From NCBI GenBank assembly GCA_023129115.1, contig JAGMCR010000011.1, positions 1 to 64,000 of the forward strand: a stretch of 64,000 bases of DNA. Reading direction: 5' to 3'. Shown here one piece after another: positions 48,501 to 55,606 of the stretch. This DNA comes from Candidatus Iainarchaeum sp. Lineage in GTDB: Archaea > B1Sed10-29 > WALL01. The position numbers and the translations under genes were made by a program. Below the pieces are notes generated by a model. That model saw only the letters and a list, made by a program, of their open reading frames with translations. It was not told the origin of the DNA and made no database searches. Numbering within the stretch: the stretch's first letter is position 1; each line of letters starts with the position of its first letter.

Positions 48501-50627
48501 CTGCGACGCGATGTCGCTCAAGTGAATCGGCTGGATGACCAGTGGCGTCTTGCGGATGTCCTGCACACCGCCCGGCTCGCCGACGAACATTTCGATGCTC
48601 GCCGAGTCATAGGGCTGGTTCGGCCGGTACTCGGGCAGGCTAAGCCGGAGAGTAACCGTTGCTTCCTCGCCCTTCGCGATTTCACGGGGGGCGTCCACCG
48701 AAACTTCTTCTGCGACGCGCGTGAGCCTGATGGTGGTCTTCCTGTTCTGGCTCATCCTCATCGGCGACGTCTTGAGCGGCCCGTACTTGGTGCCGGTCTG
48801 GTCGTCGATGTATTCCGCGACGAGGAAGTAGCGCGTGCCCTGGTCCATCACGAACTCGACCTTTCGCGTCGAGCCGCTTTCCTTGGTCTCGACGGGCTCG
48901 CTGTAGTCCGCGTTCCACAGCGTTACCTCGACGTCCTTCTTGCGCACCGGCGTCCCGATTATCTGGACTTCGGTCAATACCGTGAGCGTCAGTTGGTTCG
49001 GCTTCACGCTCAGCGTCTGCACAGTCGTGTTCTGCGCAGTGACCGCAAACGCGGGGAACGACTGCGCGGTGATTGCCCCCGGCGGAGTCGCCGAGAGGTG
49101 GTAAGCGCCTTCCTTGATTCTGCTGAACACGCACCTGCCGTCGACCGGAGAAATGCACGTCATCCAGAGCGTGTTGTTTCCCTCGGAGTACAGCTGCACG
49201 CGCACCCCCGAGAACTCTTCCTGCAGCCCGGTCGAGCTGACCACGTCCACCACAACCATGCCTGTCTTGGTCTCGTCGATGGGCGCCATGAACACGCTGT
49301 GGTCCACGCCGCCCGCGATGTCCGCATACGTCGCGGAGTAGTGGGGATGGCTCACGTCAACGCGGTACTGCATTCCCTTGAGCAGGGTGATTGCGTAGAT
49401 GCCGTCGCTGCCAGTGGTGCCCTGGGAAATCACCCGCGACTCGGACGACACAGTTACCGTGGCGCCGGCGATGGCCGTTTGCCGCGCCTCTTCCTTGACG
49501 TAAATCAGTGTCTCGTAGCCAGTGGCAAGGTTAAGTATAATCGCATTTTGCGACTGGGTGAGCGTTGCTTGGTAGGCGGACGCACTGGTGTACGGCTGGT
49601 ACGCGCCGTTGGGGTCGTCCAGCTGCAGGTGGAACTCCTGCTGGTCCGGGAACACAAGCCTCGCGGTGCCGGTGGCGTCTGTCGCGCCCTCGAGCTCGAC
49701 GCCGTCGAGCAGGACGAACAGGTCCATGCCGAGCGCGTCAACTGCCTTCACAGAGATGCCCTCGAGCGGCGTCCCGGCGGTGTTCTGGACTTTTACGTAG
49801 ATGTCGCGCGTTATCTCGACCGGGGGCAGCTCATCGGGCGTTTCGGGCTGGACGTCTTCCTTGACTGCAAGTGTCAAATAGCCGAACAATTCAAGCTCGG
49901 TGTACATGCCTGCGACCGTGCCGTCCCACTTGTGGTACTGGCAGTCGATTAGCACGCGGTGGTCGTCGTCCGGGCAGGTGCCGCCCTCGGAGATGTCGAG
50001 CAGGCCGTCCGAACCCACTTCGAACGGGTGGTCGAGTGCCTCGCCGAGCACGTTGTAGACGCGCATTGTGCAGGCGGACGGCAAGTTGTTCTGCTCGTCG
50101 GCGAGCTGGCTGACGAGCTTTTCCTCGCTGAGCAAAGAGCAGCCCGCGAACTCGGGCGAGACGCATTCCATTTCTATTTCAAGGGAGTCCATCTCTTCGG
50201 TGTCGATGAGCTCTATCGCGCTGCCGCATAACTCGCTCTCGACGACTGCCTGGTAGCGCTGGGACGGGTCCAGGTCAAAGTATACCTCTCCCTTGGAGTT
50301 GGTGGTGGCCTCGTACAGGGCTTCCGCATCGACTTCGAGCGTGACGAGCGCTCCCTTGACCGGGTTGCCGTCAGTGTCGACGACAGTGATTGTGAACTCG
50401 CCCGGAGCCATCCCGGGCACGCCAGCGGTCATCGTGTACGCGATGAGCGCGATAACGACAATCAGCACTCCGCCCACAAGCGGGAGGGACGGTATGCCGG
50501 CGTTCTCAATCGGGTCGATTAGTTTGTATACGGGAAGTCCCTTCTCGTCAAGCGAGTCGAGAAGGCCGTACCATTTTTCCTCTAGTTGGGAATAGATAGC
50601 ACCGAAATCCATTGGTATCCCTCGCAT
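42522..50627 (-). CDS. Giant membrane-anchored surface protein 4 (2701 aa; start probably ATG 50612)
   Basis: Same N-domain, TM and repeats; CDSEQ core; Ig-like C-D-x-x-GN domains; poly-Gly linker and Ala-rich amphipathic C-terminal region. Confidence 0.88.
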   Translation of the reverse strand: MRGIPMDFGAIYSQLEEKWYGLLDSLDEKGLPVYKLIDPIENAGIPSLPLVGGVLIVVIALIAYTMTAGVPGMAPGEFTITVVDTDGNPVKGALVTLEVDAEALYEATTNSKGEVYFDLDPSQRYQAVVESELCGSAIELIDTEEMDSLEIEMECVSPEFAGCSLLSEEKLVSQLADEQNNLPSACTMRVYNVLGEALDHPFEVGSDGLLDISEGGTCPDDDHRVLIDCQYHKWDGTVAGMYTELELFGYLTLAVKEDVQPETPDELPPVEITRDIYVKVQNTAGTPLEGISVKAVDALGMDLFVLLDGVELEGATDATGTARLVFPDQQEFHLQLDDPNGAYQPYTSASAYQATLTQSQNAIILNLATGYETLIYVKEEARQTAIAGATVTVSSESRVISQGTTGSDGIYAITLLKGMQYRVDVSHPHYSATYADIAGGVDHSVFMAPIDETKTGMVVVDVVSSTGLQEEFSGVRVQLYSEGNNTLWMTCISPVDGRCVFSRIKEGAYHLSATPPGAITAQSFPAFAVTAQNTTVQTLSVKPNQLTLTVLTEVQIIGTPVRKKDVEVTLWNADYSEPVETKESGSTRKVEFVMDQGTRYFLVAEYIDDQTGTKYGPLKTSPMRMSQNRKTTIRLTRVAEEVSVDAPREIAKGEEATVTLRLSLPEYRPNQPYDSASIEMFVGEPGGVQDIRKTPLVIQPIHLSDIASQEPFVGSITKADDYEYQSKPKTSDDGTSKYIKVTIDKYTRPTIYTVDIPVYARELAASGDVKISYRATWEAGGEEITSNEGLWSETSVKLTGEADVDNELETGNFYSYSAYFTKQLGKDAISEPLVPEGSKFYLHVNGKARSAITAWSVDVKNIPDKVEALSYSGKITRASGSTVNVAEFPLSGADFTISNSEEAYRLGKDDELELTVALRGTARGKGTLTVFSDYDNSMPYEVTRKARTGSTPIVGVTATLTAASSFCVPGYDNGLGDSSSCYFEYPEGMTLPTNNKKFKLTLELEGNATASVLFEAADSTIKFDETSANYYEATVAAPETMVISGYGSSLAQNTISVYIWESGTAQPTAPWAMVAYGPVDYSMQVTPFSLGAVETTISEATDELQIKIIRREGTVQTAMGADTLIDNQADVHAGRNRGKATLVLQAEPYFEFEVPADKPLQSEDGVKVIADSPLFGGLEYESEVSGLVFDPDYPVVLRNTFKLGETKPTTIKIFSSWKEAVSFELSDLEREGWDIVMTVKTHTGGSPSVLLETLSGADLNKAIAIPAEGWAEIIIAATARTAKCRLDIEPTILEIEVDKLPRPAHYTLELTCEVTGVEAPTRPLVTNFVSRETLTPERITMDSCSAAADGGYAFICDSEQLSVAIAKAADSLLQRPGSINDYKYYAFGNDEFSAAIMDEAVKENKEGIDKVANIYAKSAAALQSSTSDIVLTNTPSCGILLVNFTKINLDEDVNVSFDVITTGATWCQKNHPHYVIGLMNFDKLLRPDFGYFMSFAGEARLFLEAIQKSKEQGNDIDAALLFGYEPDDIEERSGSQAASFFNYQECERKETGKCPSYAVKRLSSEHPIIGYFHVTEQKDVLAGMVYDENRIVGAGGAYTQIPAYRAVYAKALLNYLITGESSGWEWDTGTFQSAMDPAFYPLADILLDLQGPTIIEESPDEFKLYGFDPEGTANHELVGTTDVNVELTVTGEPSFCIVSNLDASGAPLEEVTTDMLIDMGDDTYVLAIPWELPSGSGMKYVNAYCVDENGVPSHKVTDSIMLDDSAMTLIRPLPRLVTTHDTATMVPPTEGEYIWIRDRFSEVVYCELRADVLDMPNYEICDDDYDGIFDPTKDQTDDNANSVIKDGKPGALMGTDAEDGIMGYMDGCCYIPPEGRWADQHYQNAQVQCWSPYMEEEDAVTQVELWCRDAVGNEATLGTIDIFRYSSEKPEFSVPDDFIMGTNEDEDPLSRIFWFDNLDMPQALSGTKEWGDGFTMTPTAESDVFELGFTVTDMDGLDPASACAYSVVAHTESYTGKVEEENVFRWPTAAAATQTCEAEAVSAGSLRSLRVTCPIKLKQDAVNDVEITCTDMSEKKMATSKSFEWTWDETAPEILTDFEMNAWGRDGWDVNDPEKRDMAPTMKFSVKDDYSSIVNCEVHVNILGDVESYLLYKCGLSQVSRGLDTYMGATCDYRAETEDEYARWPVVLMNMQHPFHLSCYDQVGNRIVVDSSTRADMQLQAMDTGDVTDMAVKACELIRMDATPDQIQAAGFYDVGAEGSVTISDGTFLPDSTMDEDGVYSFVIMTDGEPSNEDIRNLHQKKLYHKTISRGNIDCASAGVCWTAIDVLINTMRAAKSLPPQAPGEPSEENREVNQEAGRERGNARQNDRVTWEDDIDDVTNPEQVSDDLGRDAMEWDDDFATIDYSDEVLIPDEIIPPGGGGLGGGLGGGATGGGLGAGAGGSLGPASGFTGPGGVLLLTGGASFGHTNAPFEQLSFMDTATGTFEEPSYETVALEMPMRLFAGGAVLRAMFEASKPAFWAIRAGAAGARLTGGILSATVQSKMEDYDTNLICDYSDKGESLWEGTGVVTEAAAAFLHPGILIFKVAVPDNYQALVCTSKYAEPASPSKPQRYVISARAGRTDLSSGGAMMGTLSVCADGCNDYLCIVTIQRDTVPVGGSLASKDPIAPLNTFKSWVTESAERAIPEEESSPEETTEEPSE

Positions 50628-50656
50628 AAGTTATCTACTTTGAGTATATATAAGTT

Positions 50657-52738
50657 TCATGCCTCTTCGGCCGTTACCCAGCCACATTCCCGCGTCACGG
50701 CGTCGTCCACCGTATTATAGGAATAAGTGCATTTCCTCACGTTGTTGACGTCCCGCTCCCACGACCGCTTGATTGCGTCCCCTGACACGGTGTCGTCGTA
50801 GCGCGGGTATTCCTTCCAAAGCGTGTAATTGTGCCCCCCGCCCCCTATCTCCCCGTAGTCGTCCTTGACGCGCGTGTACTTCGCGGCGAACACAGGCCTC
50901 TCAGGCTCTTGCTTGCCGGGGGTGCTGCGGTAGAGGCGGTAAATCTCTTCCACGCGGTAGAGCGTCTTCGAGTCGCACGTCCACTCAATTGGCTCTGAAA
51001 TGAACCACGGGCAGTCACTCTCCTCGTCGCCGCAGACAGTGGTGCAGTCGCCTGGGGTGCACCGCGTGTCGCCGGGCGACTCCTTGGTATAAATATTCCT
51101 CGCCGCCTCGCACGCGTTCTCCGCGTTGACGGCCGCTATGTCGTCTGCCGAGAGCGGCGGCCTGACCTGGTAGAGCGTGACGAACTCTCCGCAGTGCCAG
51201 TTGTCCCTGCCCTGGAACCCGTTGCCCTCGAGGTAGTACTGCTTCGAGTCGATGACAAGCTCGTAGTTCAGGTGCTCCTTGGCCACGCCCAGCCCAACCG
51301 CGACCTCGCTCTTGATGCTGTCGCGCATTTCCTTGACCTTGGCGGCCATTCCCCAGTCCTCGCCCGTCATGAAGCGCTTGTCGTACGCTTCAGTCGTGTC
51401 GACCAGCGTTGTCCCGGCAGTGTGGTGCTCTTTCAGGGCAAAGGTGTCGTCGTTCCCAAGGCACGTGTCCACGCCGTCGGCGTCGTTCTGCCCGCCAGTG
51501 TGCGCTATGCTCCCGCCGGGATAAACAGTAAGCTTCTGGCCCTCGCTGTCCCCGAGTGGCATTCCATTGAGCTTGAGCTTTGGCAGTCCCGCGCCAGTCG
51601 TGAACGAGGCATAGCCGGAGACGAATTCCGTGAGCGGCTTCCAGTCCGGCTTGCCAGTAAAATACTTGTCGAACCGGAGGTTCTGTGTTGTGGGGAACGG
51701 CTGGACAACCGGCCTGGCCTTTTTGCCTATGGCCCACGCCATGTAGTCCGAGAGCGTCCCGCCTGCCTCGAAGTAGTCTTCTGCCACGGCGTTGTCCACC
51801 TCGAACCCTGGCGCCCACCCGCTCCCCGCCGTGTTCTGCCCGACAGAGCCATAGTACCTTTCATGGATTGCGTAGTTGTAGTGGTACCACTCGCTGCCGT
51901 TGGTGCCCTCGTAGTCAGGGTCGTGGCTGTCGCCGCCGCCGGCGTTGTGCCACGACTCGTTCAATAGCTGGAAATTGTTGAACAAGTCAGACGTCAGTAC
52001 CGCGTACTTCATGAACGGCTCGTGCGTCGTGTACACCCTTTCTTCGGCGGGCATGAAGACCTCGAGCCGCTTGCCCTCGCTCGCGATTTCTGCGATTGGC
52101 TCTTCTGCGAGGGGGGTGAAGTCAATCGTGACCTCGATTCTGCCGTCCTTGCAGTCGTCCCACATGCAGTCCTTGAACTTGATGTCCTTGACTATGCCGC
52201 CGAACTCGACTGGCTTCGCAGTCACGTTCACGAGCGAGTACTTGCTGACAATTCCCTGAATCGTGTGCTGGATGCTGGACTCGAGAAGTGCCTTGGCAGT
52301 CAGCTCGTTGGCCGCGGTGAGGTTTACCTGGTGGAACGTGTTCGCCCAGCACGTCTGCTCGCCACTGGTGCAGTACTCCACGCCCGACGCAGTGACGCCG
52401 CACACGCAGTCGCCTTCGCCGCACTCGGGGTCGGGGAAGTTGAGGTCAGCGGCAAGCTCGCCGCTAGGGCAGTCGTTCACCACAATCGACATCACTGGCT
52501 CGCCACGGATTGAGTAGTCCTCGAGCCGCGACGTGATTGACGAGCGCACTTCCTCAATCACGCGGCTCTGCGCCTCGCCCGCGATGTTCACGAGCTCGCT
52601 CGAGCGGTACGCCTTCACGCTGCCCTGCACGGCAATCCTCTCGCTCGTGATTATGGACGTGACTATGAGCATAGTAATCAAAATAACAAGAGTCCCGACC
52701 ATGGGCGTGAAGACAGCGAAGCCCCGCTTCTTCTTCAT
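50657..52738 (-). CDS. Large pilin-like/adhesin protein with class III signal peptide
   Basis: MKKKRG/FAVFTPMVGTLVILITMLIV followed by a Cys-rich extracellular region. Confidence 0.75.
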   Translation of the reverse strand: MKKKRGFAVFTPMVGTLVILITMLIVTSIITSERIAVQGSVKAYRSSELVNIAGEAQSRVIEEVRSSITSRLEDYSIRGEPVMSIVVNDCPSGELAADLNFPDPECGEGDCVCGVTASGVEYCTSGEQTCWANTFHQVNLTAANELTAKALLESSIQHTIQGIVSKYSLVNVTAKPVEFGGIVKDIKFKDCMWDDCKDGRIEVTIDFTPLAEEPIAEIASEGKRLEVFMPAEERVYTTHEPFMKYAVLTSDLFNNFQLLNESWHNAGGGDSHDPDYEGTNGSEWYHYNYAIHERYYGSVGQNTAGSGWAPGFEVDNAVAEDYFEAGGTLSDYMAWAIGKKARPVVQPFPTTQNLRFDKYFTGKPDWKPLTEFVSGYASFTTGAGLPKLKLNGMPLGDSEGQKLTVYPGGSIAHTGGQNDADGVDTCLGNDDTFALKEHHTAGTTLVDTTEAYDKRFMTGEDWGMAAKVKEMRDSIKSEVAVGLGVAKEHLNYELVIDSKQYYLEGNGFQGRDNWHCGEFVTLYQVRPPLSADDIAAVNAENACEAARNIYTKESPGDTRCTPGDCTTVCGDEESDCPWFISEPIEWTCDSKTLYRVEEIYRLYRSTPGKQEPERPVFAAKYTRVKDDYGEIGGGGHNYTLWKEYPRYDDTVSGDAIKRSWERDVNNVRKCTYSYNTVDDAVTRECGWVTAEEA

Positions 52739-53245
52739 TCACTTCTCCGTTAAGAGCCGGCCCAATTTAAGCTTTTCCCGCAGGACGTCCCGCAAATACC
52801 ACGCCGCGTAAAACCCGACAATCGCCACCACCAGTGTCGCGCGGAACAAAACAGAATGCACAATCTCCACTGCCCCCGCGCCCCACGCCTGCCACGCAAG
52901 CATCGTCGCCGCAATCCTCAAGGCGTTAATCATCATCACAAAAGCAAACGCCCCCGCAATCCCGAACACCCGCTCCCTCTTCGCGCGGTCCTCTGTCGAA
53001 AAAATCGCTCCCGCCAGCACAGCAACCTCAATGTCGCCCACGCACAGCGGAATCACGCGCACCGAAAGCGAGTTGAAGAACACGAGCGCGCCCTGCGAGT
53101 AAGCCACCCCGAACACCGAGAGCAGTGCCGCCGACATCCACGCGGTCAGCCCCTGCAGCGCCGGCATCACGCCAGAAAGCGCGAGATAGGCAAGGCTGCC
53201 GAATACCACAATCCCAACAGCAAATCTCAGGCCTTTCCCCGGCAT
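52739..53245 (-). CDS. Exosortase/archaeosortase family protein
   Basis: Multi-TM protein with Cys (VIPLCVG), Arg (INALRI) and His (IVHSV) catalytic triad in the expected order. Confidence 0.85.
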   Translation of the reverse strand: MPGKGLRFAVGIVVFGSLAYLALSGVMPALQGLTAWMSAALLSVFGVAYSQGALVFFNSLSVRVIPLCVGDIEVAVLAGAIFSTEDRAKRERVFGIAGAFAFVMMINALRIAATMLAWQAWGAGAVEIVHSVLFRATLVVAIVGFYAAWYLRDVLREKLKLGRLLTEK

Positions 53246-53280
53246 TACTCTTATATACTCCCCCCACGTTTTTAAGGAAG
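53246..53280. promoter_or_regulatory. Compact divergent promoter between the sortase and the pilus ATPase
   Basis: 35-bp gap; TTATATA at 53251-53257 (about 24 nt before ATG 53281) and TTAAAAA on the minus strand about 24 nt before 53245. Confidence 0.5.
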
Positions 53281-55587
53281 ATGGCTGAGGAGAAGAGCCC
53301 TTACACTGTTAAGACTGAAGGCACAATCAAGTACCTGATTATTGACTGCCGCGGCTCGACCTACGGCCCAAGCATTGCGGACTACCCCCAGCGCATGTCC
53401 GAAGTAATCGGGTATTTGGGCAAGACAGACGCCGACCGCATCGTCCTCGCCGAAGTATACGAGCGCGTCTACGACGAGGACCAGACGCGCATGCTGAAGC
53501 AGCTCGCCGAGCTCCTGCAGAAGTTCCGCGTCAAGGGGGTGTGGTCCCCGCAGTACCTCGGCGGCGACGCGTGCTCCGCGTTCCTCCCCACGCGCCACGA
53601 CCTCGTCGTAAACATCGCGTCGGACCTCCTCCGCACCGACCCAATCCGCGCGTACATGAAGTGCATCCAGGCAATCCAGCGCGAGAAAGCACAGCTCCCC
53701 CAGCTGCCGCCCGAGCAGAAAGAATGCACGCAGACATTCCTCACCACGCTCGAGTACATCAAGGCAAACTTCGAGGCCACGGACCTAATCCAGCAGCTCA
53801 AGGGCTACGTCCGCAAGCTCAAGAAGCTGCCGCCAGGCCGCGGCTTCTACCACACCGTGTTCGAGGCCCAATTAAAGCCGTCGTTCATCGGCTCCCGGCT
53901 CATGTTCAAGCTCCCCGCGGAAATTGAGCTCCTCGACCAATACGAGGTCAAGGGCACGCGCGTGACAATCTACAAGCACCCCGAAAAAATCGAGTACCTA
54001 TACCACATCAACCCGCCCGAGTACTCCCTCACCCCCGAGCACTACTTCCTCTTGAGCAAGACAAAGGAAATAGTGAGCGAGTACCACCCCGAGGGCCTTG
54101 AGTTCACAGAGCTCGCGACGAGCAAGGACTACTTCATGCGCATCTACGAGACGACCATCGCAGACATCGCGCGGCAAAACGGAATCGAAGTCTCGCATAC
54201 AGACATCCAGCAGCTCGCGCGCATCGTCGCGCGCTACACCATAGGCTTCGGCATGATGGGACTGCTTTTGTCGGACGAGCGGCTCACCGACGTATACATC
54301 GACGCGCCGCTCGGGCAGAAGCCCGTGTACATTGTCCACAGCGACTACGGCCCGTGCCAGACCAACGTGTTCTTCTCGGAAGAAGAGGCCAACTCCGTGG
54401 TCTCGCGCTTCCGCTCCCTGTCGGGCAGGCCGTTCGACGAGGCGCACTCTGTCCTGGACTTCGACCTGCACGAGTACCACACGCGCACGTGCACAATCGG
54501 CCAGCCGCTCTCGCCGGACGGCGTCGCGTTCGCCTTGCGCTTGCACAAGGGAACGCCGTGGACCCTGCCGCAGTTCATCGACGTGAAGATGGTGACGAAC
54601 GAGGTCGCGGGACTGCTGTCATTCCTGATTGACGCGCAGGCGTCCTCGCTCATCGTCGGGAGCAGAGGCTCGGGAAAGACTTCATTATTAATGTCGCTCA
54701 TGCTCGAAATCCTCCCCTCGCTGAGGGTCATAACTATAGAGGACACGCTTGAGCTGCCGGTCGAGTACATGCGCAAGACCGGGTACAACATCTGCCGGCT
54801 CAAGACAAGGAGCGCAATCTCTGTCGGCGCGATTGCGTCCGAGGTGTCGCCCGAGGACGCGCTCCGCACCGCGCTCAGGCTTGGCGACTCTGTACTCATC
54901 ATGGGCGAGGTCCGCTCCAAGGAAGCGCTCGTGCTGTACGAGGCCATGCGCGTCGGCGCAGTGGGCAACGTTGTGATGGGCACAATCCACGCCGAGAACG
55001 CCTACTCTGTGTGGGACCGCGTTGTGAACGACCTCGGCGTGCCGAACACCTCGTTCAAGGCGACGGACATGTGCATTGTCTCCGCGCCAATCAGGTTCAA
55101 GGGAGCGCTGCAGAAGACGCGCCGCCTCGTCGAAATCACCGAGGTCGGCAAGACATGGTACGAGGACCCGGGCCGCGAGGGCGGCTTGATTGACCTGATG
55201 ACGTACGACGCGACGAACGACGTGCAGACCGTGCACAAGGACAACATTTTCGAGAACTCGCAGTTCTTCAAGAAAATCCAGCGGAGGCGCGGCATGGACA
55301 TCGACATGATTTGGGAGGACATCCAGCACCGCGCGTCCTCCAAGCAGTTCCTCGTGGACATGAAAAACGAGTACAAGATTCCCACGCTGCTCGAGGCGAG
55401 GTACACCGTCAGGATGAACGACAAGTACCTCCTGATGCAGGAGCTGTCGCGCCAGGAGCTTGGCAGTGTGGACTACCCCAAGGTGCTCGAGGACTGGAAG
55501 CAGTGGGTCAAGGACGGCTTCGTGAAAGAGCTGGTCTCGAGGAGGGATGCGCTTGCCAAGGTCAAGCCGGCGGCAAAAAAAGAGTGA
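53281..55587 (+). CDS. Type II/IV secretion system (TadA/ArlI/VirB11-like) pilus assembly ATPase with long N-terminal extension
   Basis: Walker A GSRGSGKTS, Asp box TIEDTLEL, Walker B LIMGEVR, His box GTIHAE. Confidence 0.93.
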   Translation: MAEEKSPYTVKTEGTIKYLIIDCRGSTYGPSIADYPQRMSEVIGYLGKTDADRIVLAEVYERVYDEDQTRMLKQLAELLQKFRVKGVWSPQYLGGDACSAFLPTRHDLVVNIASDLLRTDPIRAYMKCIQAIQREKAQLPQLPPEQKECTQTFLTTLEYIKANFEATDLIQQLKGYVRKLKKLPPGRGFYHTVFEAQLKPSFIGSRLMFKLPAEIELLDQYEVKGTRVTIYKHPEKIEYLYHINPPEYSLTPEHYFLLSKTKEIVSEYHPEGLEFTELATSKDYFMRIYETTIADIARQNGIEVSHTDIQQLARIVARYTIGFGMMGLLLSDERLTDVYIDAPLGQKPVYIVHSDYGPCQTNVFFSEEEANSVVSRFRSLSGRPFDEAHSVLDFDLHEYHTRTCTIGQPLSPDGVAFALRLHKGTPWTLPQFIDVKMVTNEVAGLLSFLIDAQASSLIVGSRGSGKTSLLMSLMLEILPSLRVITIEDTLELPVEYMRKTGYNICRLKTRSAISVGAIASEVSPEDALRTALRLGDSVLIMGEVRSKEALVLYEAMRVGAVGNVVMGTIHAENAYSVWDRVVNDLGVPNTSFKATDMCIVSAPIRFKGALQKTRRLVEITEVGKTWYEDPGREGGLIDLMTYDATNDVQTVHKDNIFENSQFFKKIQRRRGMDIDMIWEDIQHRASSKQFLVDMKNEYKIPTLLEARYTVRMNDKYLLMQELSRQELGSVDYPKVLEDWKQWVKDGFVKELVSRRDALAKVKPAAKKE

Positions 55588-55606
55588 CTCCACTCCCAAA
55601 ACGGAC

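Noticed and set aside
17930-50627. Diversity-generating retroelement acting on the giant proteins
   Set aside because: No reverse transcriptase and no template/variable repeat pair noticed in the window
52739-53245. Strong C/A strand skew over the sortase gene
   Set aside because: Explained by Val/Gly/Ala/Phe-rich membrane protein codons on the minus strand
55574-55587. A-run (GCA AAA AAA GAG TGA) at the end of the pilus ATPase as a frameshift fusing ATPase and platform
   Set aside because: The platform ORF is in the +1 frame, not -1, and has its own plausible GTG start at 55607
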